Assembly: GCA_963558185.1 (NCBI GenBank)
Contig: CAUWFE010000005.1
Location: 768 to 64,767, forward strand
Origin: an uncultured Clostridia bacterium
GTDB lineage: Bacteria > Bacillota > Clostridia > TANB77 > CAG-508
Direction of reading: 5' to 3'
Length of the DNA stretch: 64,000 bases
Shown here piece by piece: positions 30,287 to 37,913 of this stretch; the stretch's first letter is position 1; every line of letters starts with the position of its first letter. The notes under the pieces were generated by a model that was not told the DNA's origin, made no database searches, and saw nothing but the letters and a program-made list of their open reading frames with translations. The translations under genes were made by a program, and so were the position numbers.

Positions 30287-30382
30287 TATATGTAATTATT
30301 GCATTTAAAAGATAAAAATTATCAAAAAAAGTTATTACATTTGCAATAAAATGTAAAAATATAAAAAAATTAAAAAATTATC

Positions 30383-30411
30383 TTGACAAATGACTTGAGA
30401 ACGATTATAAT
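30383..30411 (+). promoter_or_regulatory. Consensus sigma-A promoter for tRNA-Met
   Basis: TTGACA-17 nt-TATAAT, ~25 nt upstream of the tRNA. Confidence 0.75.
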
Positions 30412-30435
30412 AATAATCGTTCTTATAAAACATAT

Positions 30436-30512
30436 GGCGAGATAGCTCAGTTGGCTAGAGCAACTGGTTCATACCCAGTGGGTCGATGGTTCGAATCCAT
30501 TTCTCGCTACCA
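30436..30512 (+). tRNA. tRNA-Met (CAT), elongator-like
   Basis: ggcgagatagctcagttggctagagc...ggTTCATACcc...ggttcgaatcc...cgctacca. Loop and acceptor end resemble Firmicute elongator Met. Confidence 0.88.
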
Positions 30513-30528
30513 AAATATTAAAAAAGTA

Positions 30529-30557
30529 TTGACAAACTTTTTAATAGGTATTATAAT
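30529..30557 (+). promoter_or_regulatory. Consensus sigma-A promoter for tRNA-Leu
   Basis: TTGACA-17 nt-TATAAT, ~30 nt upstream of the tRNA. Confidence 0.75.
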
Positions 30558-30586
30558 AAACATTGTCACAAGAAAACCAGTTATAT

Positions 30587-30674
30587 GCAGATGTGGCGGA
30601 ACTGGTAGACGCACAGGACTTAAAATCCTGCGGTTGAATAAACCGTGCCGGTTCGATTCCGGCCATCTGCACCA
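30587..30674 (+). tRNA. tRNA-Leu (TAA)
   Basis: gcagatgtggcggaactggtagacgc..gaCTTAAAAtc..long variable arm..ggttcgattcc..catctgcacca. Confidence 0.92.
30619..30674 (+). repeat. attL core (3' 56 nt of tRNA-Leu)
   Basis: cttaaaatcctgcggttgaataaaccgtgccggttcgattccggccatctgcacca is identical to 39869..39924. Confidence 0.9.
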
Positions 30675-30678
30675 TTAG

Positions 30679-30720
30679 AACCTCAAGTGTTTCGTAAGAT
30701 TAAGCTTGAGGTTTTAATTT
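30679..30720 (+). terminator. Element-borne terminator replacing the native tRNA terminator
   Basis: aacctcaag/cttgaggtt stem followed by a T-rich tract, directly after attL. Confidence 0.55.
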
Positions 30721-30734
30721 ATAAAAAATTTTGT

Positions 30735-30758
30735 AGTTCTACAAAAAGTTCTACAAAA
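30735..30758 (+). repeat. Tandem AGTTCTACAAAA motif (candidate integrase arm-type site, attL side)
   Basis: agttctacaaaaagttctacaaaa. An almost identical tandem lies at 39695..39718. Confidence 0.5.
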
Positions 30759-30852
30759 TTCACAACATTTTATTTTTATAAAATCTTTATTTAGTGGCTT
30801 AAATAAGGATTTTTTTATTTCTAAATTTTCTAACATTTCTAATAATTTTTAT

Positions 30853-32127
30853 TTATAACTCCATTTCTTCATCTTCTTCGTCATTATCTTGACTAGGTTC
30901 AGTAAAGTTTAAACTATTGCCAATTACTAAAGCAGAATTTTGTTTTGATTCTATATCTACATGAGTATATATATTTGCTGTAGTATTATAACTAGAATGA
31001 CCTAGCCATATTTGAATATCTTTCATACTGATTTTATTAGATAATAATAAGCTAGCACAAGAATGTCTTAAATCGTGAAATCTAATAGGTTTTAAGTTAT
31101 TATCTTTTAGTATTTGATTAAACTTATGTGAAACATAGTCAGGTTTTAGTATAGAACCATCTATATTCACACAAACATAGTCATTATCATTTAAGTATGA
31201 TTTTTTAAATATTTTCTTATTATATTCTTGATTTGCTTTTTCTTCTAAAAGTATTTCTTCGATTTCTGGAATTAAAGGTAAAGTTCTATAACTTGATTGA
31301 TTTTTAGTTTTATCTTCTGCAACAATTTGCAATTTACCATCTACTTTTGTTTGTGAAATAGTATGTCTTATAATAATTGTTTTATTTCCAAAATCAACAG
31401 CATCCCATTTTATACCTAATGCTTCACTTCGCCTAAGTCCATAATATAAGGCTAGAAGAACAGGCAACTTAATAGGTGTATTTTTTATTGCAACTAATAA
31501 TTCATTTAATTGTGCTTTATTATAATAGGTCGCTATGTATTGTTCTTTTTTAGGCTTATCTATTTTGTCTGCTGGATTTGTTAATATTAATTCACATTTT
31601 ACTGCATATTGTAAGGCCTTTCTAATATTAGCATGATAGCGAAGAATTGTATTTCCTTTTAAGCCTAAATTATATAATTCTGTGTAAAAATCTTGAATAT
31701 GATACGGTTTTAAATCTTTTAAGGAAACATCTAATTTCTTAAAATAATTATATACTTTACCTTTTACAATTCTTTCATAACCTGCATAAGTTGTTTTTAC
31801 TACTCTAGGTTTTATAATATCTAACCAATTTATCATAAAATCACAAAACTTTATATTAGCTTTATTATTAATATCTAAGTTAGAAATCGTAGGTTTTTCA
31901 TTTAGAGTTTTTTCATATTCATGTCTTATTTCTTCAACTTTTCTTTCTGCAAGTTTTTTATTATTCTTTACTTTTAATTTCGTGGAAATCCACTTTCGTT
32001 GTATATTATTAAATTCGTCTTTATAATATAAAACAGCATAATAAATATTTTTCTTTTGCTGTAATGTAGCTGTTACTGTTATCACAAAATGACCTCCGTA
32101 TTCCCGTGTAAATGTATTTATTTTCAA
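30853..32127 (-). CDS. int: Tyrosine site-specific recombinase (integrase)
   Basis: 424 aa. R..HDLRHSCASLLL..GHSSYNTTANIYTHV catalytic pattern and an N-terminal SAM-like/arm-binding region. Confidence 0.93.
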   Translation of the reverse strand: MKINTFTREYGGHFVITVTATLQQKKNIYYAVLYYKDEFNNIQRKWISTKLKVKNNKKLAERKVEEIRHEYEKTLNEKPTISNLDINNKANIKFCDFMINWLDIIKPRVVKTTYAGYERIVKGKVYNYFKKLDVSLKDLKPYHIQDFYTELYNLGLKGNTILRYHANIRKALQYAVKCELILTNPADKIDKPKKEQYIATYYNKAQLNELLVAIKNTPIKLPVLLALYYGLRRSEALGIKWDAVDFGNKTIIIRHTISQTKVDGKLQIVAEDKTKNQSSYRTLPLIPEIEEILLEEKANQEYNKKIFKKSYLNDNDYVCVNIDGSILKPDYVSHKFNQILKDNNLKPIRFHDLRHSCASLLLSNKISMKDIQIWLGHSSYNTTANIYTHVDIESKQNSALVIGNSLNFTEPSQDNDEEDEEMEL

Positions 32128-32330
32128 TTTTGACTTATTATATATGAAATTATATTAGCTTTTGGAATTTTATATTGTCTGCCTATTTTCATGGCTTTTA
32201 TTTTGTTTTCCTTAATAAGCCTATAGGCTAGTGTTAAACTAATTCCACCTAACATATTTCGCATTTGTTCAATGTTTATAATATCTGGATAATTAGTAAA
32301 CATGATAGAATATTCTTCTTTGATATCCAT
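32124..32330 (-). CDS. xis: Excisionase-type HTH DNA-binding protein
   Basis: 68 aa. MerR/excisionase-like IEQMRNMLGGISLTLAYRLIKENKIKAMKIGRQYKIPK. 4-nt overlap with int. Confidence 0.8.
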   Translation of the reverse strand: MDIKEEYSIMFTNYPDIINIEQMRNMLGGISLTLAYRLIKENKIKAMKIGRQYKIPKANIISYIISQN

Positions 32331-32351
32331 TTTAACTGTACCTCCTTTTTG

Positions 32352-32759
32352 TTAATATACTGCTTTTGGAACATCTATTGAAACAGTCAATTTTCTATCT
32401 ATTTCAAATCTTTTTCTTTTAGCATTATACTTGTAAGCACTAGAATTAAACTTTCTAAAACTACGATCTGAAATGTCAAAATAATAAGATAGTTCTTCAG
32501 CATCTTGTTTCAATTGAGCTTTAAGAGCTTCATAACTATCTCTATTAGATTTTTGTTTTAACTTCATGTATTCAACGGTTCGTTTTTTATGCTTTTGTTT
32601 GTTTTGTTGTTTCCTTTGATTTTTTTCTACATGATACCTAAAATCTTTCTTTATTACTTTTGATACATAGGCATTACTTACATTTAGTTCAAAAGCAATA
32701 TCAATAGGCTTTAAATGTTTATTGTAAAATAAATCAATGATTTTTTCTTTATTTGACAT
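32352..32759 (-). CDS. HTH protein (sigma-70 region-4-like N-terminus), element regulator
   Basis: 135 aa. KPIDIAFELNVSNAYVSKVIKK HTH, basic C-terminus. SD aggagg. Confidence 0.6.
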   Translation of the reverse strand: MSNKEKIIDLFYNKHLKPIDIAFELNVSNAYVSKVIKKDFRYHVEKNQRKQQNKQKHKKRTVEYMKLKQKSNRDSYEALKAQLKQDAEELSYYFDISDRSFRKFNSSAYKYNAKRKRFEIDRKLTVSIDVPKAVY

Positions 32760-33082
32760 GATAAAAGTACCTCCTTGTGATTGGTTAAATTTTTGCTAAT
32801 AAATTTTAAGCATAGTAATCTAAATGAATATTTATAGCTAAATACTCATTTTTAAATTTATTTGTTTAAAGAATTATATTATCATAATTAGTAATAATCA
32901 ATTTCCTTTTTTCTAAAAACTTAAAAATACTTAAAATCAATTGTAACTAGATTGCAGCAGGGAATAAAAAATAAATCAATGAATGTTTTTTGAACAATTT
33001 TTGAAAAAATTAGAGGTAAAAAAAATGATAAATAGATACAAAAAAAGTAGCCATATAGCTACTAAATAAATTTATAGAAATA

Positions 33083-33319
33083 TTAATCTTCCTCTACATC
33101 TTTAAATAATTTATCTGTAAAAAATTCATTTAATTCAATACCTAATCCTTCACATAGATGTAATAAAGTAACAAGTTTAGGACTTTGACTTTTTCCATTT
33201 ATAAAACTACTTAATGTAGAATATGATATTCCAGATTCTAAAGATAACCTATGTAAAGTTATATTTCTTTCATCTGTTAAATTTATAATTCTTCTTCTAA
33301 CAGCTTCTGAAAGTTGCAT
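33083..33319 (-). CDS. XRE-family HTH repressor
   Basis: Start at ATG 33319 (SD agagggg); the ORF track extends to 33355. HTH LHRLSLESGISYSTLSSFING. Confidence 0.82.
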   Translation of the reverse strand: MQLSEAVRRRIINLTDERNITLHRLSLESGISYSTLSSFINGKSQSPKLVTLLHLCEGLGIELNEFFTDKLFKDVEED

Positions 33320-33360
33320 AATACCCCTCTTTTCTTTATATAAAAAGTATAGCAAAATAG

Positions 33361-33442
33361 ACGAAATAACGCTGACGAAAAATCGTCAAAATACTATTGC
33401 AAAATCTCTTTATTAGAGATATAATATAAACGAAATATCGTT
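33361..33442. promoter_or_regulatory. Operator-like ACGA-N4-TCGT palindromes in divergent intergenic region
   Basis: gacgaaaaatcgtc (33374..33387) and aacgaaatatcgtt (33429..33442) are perfect 14-bp palindromes. acgaaataacg (33361..33371) is a half-site variant. Confidence 0.55.
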
Positions 33443-33459
33443 AAACAAGGAGGTGTAAT

Positions 33460-33756
33460 GTGTTAAAAATAGAAGATATTAATAAATATATAGAAGATTC
33501 AATATTAGATACTATTTTTAGAAATCGACAAGAAGAATTGTATAAAGAAAACAAAAAAGAGGATTTAGAAATTATTAAAATAAAAGAAGAATATACAGTA
33601 GATTATGAAAGACTTTTAATAGCAATAAAAAATCTTCCACCTCATTTTCAAAATACGAGAGAAGGAATTATAGAGGCATTAGAAAATTATTTAATAAGAG
33701 AAAATTTAATTGTTGCTCACGATAATGAAAAGTTTTATAAAGCACGGTTTCTGTGA
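33460..33756 (+). CDS. Hypothetical protein
   Basis: 98 aa. GTG start 6 nt after SD aggagg. No motif recognised. Confidence 0.45.
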   Translation: MLKIEDINKYIEDSILDTIFRNRQEELYKENKKEDLEIIKIKEEYTVDYERLLIAIKNLPPHFQNTREGIIEALENYLIRENLIVAHDNEKFYKARFL

Positions 33757-33818
33757 TGGTATTAGAACTATATTAGAAAGTATAGAAAACACCAGTAGCA
33801 AATAATATTTATTTACTA

Positions 33819-34067
33819 CTAGCAGTTTAACTTTTTATTAAATACATCAGCTGATACATTAAAAATTTTAGCAAATGCAAACAATTCAAAATCTTGAACT
33901 AACCTATTATCATTTTCTATTTTTGAAATTTCTTTTGATGTTAGTTCTATACCTAATAACTGTAATTTTTCTGCTAAATCTTGTTGAGATAAGTTAGCTT
34001 TTAATCTCAATTCTTTTAGAACAGAGCCAGATATATTTCTAAAGTTATTGTATTTGTTAATTTTCAT
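33819..34067 (-). CDS. XRE-family HTH regulator (divergent from the peptide operon)
   Basis: 82 aa. LKELRLKANLSQQDLAEKLQLLGIELTSKEISKIENDNR classic Cro/C1 HTH. Confidence 0.85.
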   Translation of the reverse strand: MKINKYNNFRNISGSVLKELRLKANLSQQDLAEKLQLLGIELTSKEISKIENDNRLVQDFELFAFAKIFNVSADVFNKKLNC

Positions 34068-34160
34068 ATTCTCACCTTATTCGCTTTATTATAGATATTA
34101 TTTTACTATTATTTTTTTATATACATATCTCTAATAAAGCGAAAAATTAACAAATATATA

Positions 34161-34189
34161 TTGACAAATTATTCCAAATATGATATTAT
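34161..34189 (+). promoter_or_regulatory. Near-consensus sigma-A promoter of the peptide/rSAM operon
   Basis: TTGACA-17 nt-TATTAT, ~90 nt upstream of the 71-aa ORF. Confidence 0.65.
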
Positions 34190-34278
34190 GGTAACTGTAA
34201 TACATTAATTGTATTATTTAGAGTAGTAACTAATACTCTAAGCAACCAGTTGAAATTTTATGGAAAGGAGAATGCACT

Positions 34279-34494
34279 ATGACTAGAATGGCACGGACAA
34301 ATTACTGGAATCCTAGTGTAAACTACATTGGGAAAAACTCTGCTCAGAACTTTATGAAGTCTGCAAAGGCTAAATTAGTCGGGGCTGGAGTAAAAGTAGT
34401 AGCTGCAGATTGCTCTTGTAACTGTTCAAGCGGTTGCTCTGCATGCAGTAGTTCCTGTGGATCTTGCACATCTTGCAGTACATCTTGTAGTTAA
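34279..34494 (+). CDS. Cys/Ser-rich putative RiPP precursor peptide
   Basis: 71 aa. SD ggaaaggag. A 44-aa leader-like part is followed by CSCNCSSGCSACSSSCGSCTSCSTSCS (9 Cys). Sits directly upstream of a radical SAM/SPASM gene. Confidence 0.75.
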   Translation: MTRMARTNYWNPSVNYIGKNSAQNFMKSAKAKLVGAGVKVVAADCSCNCSSGCSACSSSCGSCTSCSTSCS

Positions 34495-34598
34495 TACAAG
34501 TGGACGAATAATGTGTATCGTCGACAGCACACATTAGTTTCAACAAAGCAGAGGCATCTCTTTTAGAGGTGTCTCTTGCACTAAAAGGAGGATTTATA

Positions 34599-35633
34599 AT
34601 GGCAGAAAGAACAAAATTTAGTATGCAATGGCATATTACTGACAGATGTGACCAACGGTGTAAACATTGCTATATCTATGAGGGAAAGGACAAAAAATGT
34701 AGTCTTGAACTTGATTTAGACACCTTGAAAGATATCTTGGAAGATTTTCTTCAAAGTTGTGAAAAGTTAGAAAGAGATCCATTTCTTGTAATTACAGGAG
34801 GCGACCCATTACTCTATGAAAAGATTTGGGATTTTCTTCAAATTCTTAAAAAGAAGAAAGTTCATTTTGGACTTTTAGGAAATCCATTCCACTTGAATTA
34901 TGAGGTCGTAAAGAGACTGGAAGATTTAGGATGTATAAACTTCCAAATGTCTTTGGATGGATTAAGAGAAACACATGATTACATTCGTAAGCCTGGTTCC
35001 TTTGATGCTACCTTAGATGCTCTTAAGTATTTTGAAGGAAGCAAAATTAAAACAGCTATCATGACAACTGTTTCCAAGACAAATATTGAGGAAATTCCAG
35101 AATTGGTAGATATTGTGGTAAAACATAAGGTAAGCAATTTTGGATTTGCAAGATATTGTCCTAATCCAGAAGATTTTGATTTGATGGTTTCTCCTGAAGA
35201 ATACAGAGAATTTTTAGACAAAATGTGGGAAAAATATATGCAAAATCAGGAATGTGATACAAGATTTGCATTAAAAGACCATCTTTGGAAACTGTATCTG
35301 TACGAGAAAGGATTATTCAATCCTGATGAGATTGACAATCCCAATAATTTAATTCTTGATGGTTGTCACTGTGGAATTACTCATATTACAACTTTAGCAG
35401 ATGGAACAGTGTATGCTTGTAGAAGAAGCGAAACTCCTGTTGGCAAAGTTCCAGATGAGTCCTTCTACGATATTTTTACAGGAGAAGAAATGGAAAAATA
35501 TCGTCAGTATGACAAGTTTGAACATTGTTCTAAATGTGAAATCAAGAACTTTTGCAGAGGATGTCCTTCAATAGCAAAATGTTTAACAGGTGACTTTTAT
35601 TCAAAAGATCCTCAGTGCTGGAAAAAGTTTTGA
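34599..35633 (+). CDS. Radical SAM/SPASM-domain peptide-modifying enzyme (putative maturase)
   Basis: 344 aa from ATG 34599 (SD aaaaggagg; the ORF track starts at GTG 34569). CDQRCKHCY = CX3CX2C near the N-terminus. C-terminal CHCG..GTVYAC..CSKCEIKNFCRGC..C..C auxiliary-cluster pattern. Confidence 0.85.
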   Translation: MAERTKFSMQWHITDRCDQRCKHCYIYEGKDKKCSLELDLDTLKDILEDFLQSCEKLERDPFLVITGGDPLLYEKIWDFLQILKKKKVHFGLLGNPFHLNYEVVKRLEDLGCINFQMSLDGLRETHDYIRKPGSFDATLDALKYFEGSKIKTAIMTTVSKTNIEEIPELVDIVVKHKVSNFGFARYCPNPEDFDLMVSPEEYREFLDKMWEKYMQNQECDTRFALKDHLWKLYLYEKGLFNPDEIDNPNNLILDGCHCGITHITTLADGTVYACRRSETPVGKVPDESFYDIFTGEEMEKYRQYDKFEHCSKCEIKNFCRGCPSIAKCLTGDFYSKDPQCWKKF

Positions 35634-35641
35634 AAGCACAA

Positions 35642-35685
35642 AGGAGAGTGAAAAATAAAATTTTCACTCTCCTGTTACTTTTTAT
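35642..35685 (+). terminator. Strong terminator closing the two-gene cassette
   Basis: aggagagtgaaaa/ttttcactctcct 13-bp stem followed by a T-rich tract, 9 nt after the stop. Confidence 0.75.
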
Positions 35686-35735
35686 ATTATTATATGTTAT
35701 AATGTTTGTTAATATATGGAAAGGAAATGATTTTG

Positions 35736-36318
35736 ATGGGCGATATAAAAAAATACTATGAAAATACAGAAAATGCTTTACCAAATCCAAATGTAAGAAA
35801 TTTTATAGAAATGAATATAAAACCAACAAATGCTATCGATTTAGGATGTGGAGCAGGTAGAGATACAATATATTTAATAAAAAATGGATGGAATGTTCTA
35901 GCAATAGATAGAGAAGATACCAAAGATATTATATCTAGCAAATTAGATAAAAATGAATTAGAGAAATTTAGATTTGATAGTCAAAGTTTTGAAAATATTG
36001 AGTTAGAAAAAACTGATTTAATAGTTGCTAATTTCTGTATTCCTTTTTGTAACAAGCAATTTTTTAGTGAATTTTGGAATAAAGTAACTGATAGTATTCT
36101 AAAAGATCGGATATTTTGTGGGAAACTTTTTTGGACTAAATGATTCATGGGCAAAAATAAAAAAAGAAATGACATTTTTATCTAAAGAACAAACATTAGA
36201 TTTATTTAAAAATTCTTTTGAATTAATACACTTTAATGAAATTGAAAAAGATGGAAAGACCGGACTAGGAAAAATGAAACATTGGCATATTTATAATGTT
36301 ATTGCAAAGAAAAAATAG
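35736..36318 (+). pseudogene. Class I SAM-dependent methyltransferase, frameshifted
   Basis: Motif I AIDLGCGAGRDTIYL. The reading frame breaks near the A4 run at 36101..36104. Continuation in the other frame (KIGYFVGNFFGLNDSWAK...) restores a typical ~195-aa enzyme. Confidence 0.7.
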
Positions 36319-36340
36319 TATAAAGAAACAGAAAGAAGTC

Positions 36341-37510
36341 TTATAAAGACAATTCGTCTGTTTCTTTTTCTAATTCATATTCAATTTGCTTTTCAGGGTT
36401 AATAAAAGTATCAGTTTCTTTTTGAAAATCTCTAATAAGGTTATCTTCTTCACTAATAGCAAATTTTTTACAAACCCAAATTATAAACTTTTTGATAGTT
36501 TTCTCAAATGTATTTATAATTTTATTCAAATAGATATTTTCACTTAATAACTCATCATATTTTTTATTAAAATTTCTTTTTAGTTCAATTTCTTTATTAT
36601 GAAAATCTTTTTCTAATCTAACACATTTATTTTCAAGATTTAATTTTTCTTGTAAAATTACTTGTTTTTCATTTTCAAATTTTTCAGCTTTATCTATAAC
36701 ATTTATTTGTTTTTCTAATGCTTGATGTAATTTTTTATTGTCAGAGCATAACATATTAATAATCTTATCTTTTGGCTCTATTATTTCCTTTTGTATTTTT
36801 TCATCTCTTTTTACAGTAAGTTTTCCAAAATCTTTAATGCTAGGGACATTAGGTAATTCAATTTTAATATCTTCTAAAGTTTTTTTGTTTTTTTCATAAT
36901 TTGTAATTTCTTTATAGTCTTTTACTGATAAATGTTCTCTTGATGATTTTCCTCTTTCTAAATCAAAGCCCTTTTCAGTTATATAAGAATAAAAGGCATT
37001 TTGTAATTGAATATAACTATCTTTTTCTTTCCAAAACTCACTACAAGCAATTTTATCAATAGCATTTCCTTTTTTATCTGTAGTATGAACAACAGGAATA
37101 AAAGCTAAATGTAAATGAGGAGTTTCTTCATCTAGGTGTACTTTAGCAGATAAAATGTATTGTTCACCTAAGTTTTTATATTCACAGACAAATTTGTATG
37201 CCGTTTCAAAATATCTTTTTGTTTCGTTTTCTCCAATAGATTCAAAAAACTCTTTATCAGATGTAATTATATATTCACATACTATATTACTAACTGTTTT
37301 GACTTGTCCTTTTAAATTATATTTTTTTCTTATTTTATCAAATTCTTTTTCATAACTATAGGTAGGCTCTTTAATAGAATAATTAAGATATGATTTTGAT
37401 GTATCTATATTTTTATTAGAATAGCTTTTATTTCTTCTTTCATTATGACGATATATTCCTTTTAAATTCTCTCTTTTATATTTTTCATTTCTTATTATTG
37501 CATAACTCAT
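36341..37510 (-). CDS. mob: MobV-family (Mob_Pre) relaxase
   Basis: 389 aa. N-terminal MSYAIIRNEKYK...YRHNERR and HxDExxPHxH motif (HLDEETPHLHLAFIPV). Coiled-coil C-terminus. Confidence 0.9.
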   Translation of the reverse strand: MSYAIIRNEKYKRENLKGIYRHNERRNKSYSNKNIDTSKSYLNYSIKEPTYSYEKEFDKIRKKYNLKGQVKTVSNIVCEYIITSDKEFFESIGENETKRYFETAYKFVCEYKNLGEQYILSAKVHLDEETPHLHLAFIPVVHTTDKKGNAIDKIACSEFWKEKDSYIQLQNAFYSYITEKGFDLERGKSSREHLSVKDYKEITNYEKNKKTLEDIKIELPNVPSIKDFGKLTVKRDEKIQKEIIEPKDKIINMLCSDNKKLHQALEKQINVIDKAEKFENEKQVILQEKLNLENKCVRLEKDFHNKEIELKRNFNKKYDELLSENIYLNKIINTFEKTIKKFIIWVCKKFAISEEDNLIRDFQKETDTFINPEKQIEYELEKETDELSL

Positions 37511-37584
37511 ATTTTAAGACCTCCTTGTTTAACTTTATAAGAAAACACAAAATGTTATTTTTGACTTTTGGTTATTTGGCGATT

Positions 37585-37608
37585 AGTGTTGTAACACACT
37601 ACAACACT
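37585..37608 (-). promoter_or_regulatory. Candidate oriT (nick region) of the IME
   Basis: Perfect hairpin agtgttgta-acacac-tacaacact. On the minus strand the loop reads GTAGTGTGTTAC, matching the pMV158/MobM nick-region core TAGTGTG/TTA. Confidence 0.65.
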
Positions 37609-37814
37609 TTTTTAGCTGTTAGCAAAAAGTGTCAGTGTGGCAGGGAAAATTTTTTTCCCCACACCCCTTGCATACAAAATACACCAAGTGAATTTTGTAT
37701 GTTTTCAATAAAATTGCTCAATGCAATTTATTGAAAAAAAGAATCAAGAAAAACACTTTTTAAGTTTTTTCTTGACTCTATGAAACCTAGCTCGGTTTCA
37801 AACTTCCACGCGTA

Positions 37815-37913
37815 CTGACAAAAAATTTATATAGTCATATAAACTTTTTGTCAGTTTAGGCAAGGAAAATTGACATCCAATATCGGCGATACGCCAACAT
37901 TGGACATCAATTT
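37815..37913 (-). other. Two long imperfect hairpins (possible single-strand origin/structured T-strand region)
   Basis: 18-bp stem at 37815..37854 and 22-bp stem at 37867..37913. All five mismatches are A.C on the plus strand but G.T wobbles on the minus strand. Confidence 0.4.

Noticed and set aside
30451-30678. 75-aa ORF spanning the tRNA-Met/tRNA-Leu region.
   Set aside because: It overlaps two cloverleaf tRNA genes, each with its own consensus promoter. It is not a protein gene.
34279-34494. The Cys/Ser-rich peptide as a linear azole-containing peptide (microcin B17/streptolysin S-like) or lanthipeptide precursor.
   Set aside because: No YcaO/cyclodehydratase, dehydrogenase, LanB/C/M or LanT-type gene occurs anywhere on the island. 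The only adjacent enzyme is a radical SAM/SPASM protein.
37498-37734. 78-aa plus-strand ORF upstream of the relaxase.
   Set aside because: It overlaps the relaxase start and the oriT hairpins, has no SD and gives an implausible translation. The region is better explained as oriT/promoter DNA.
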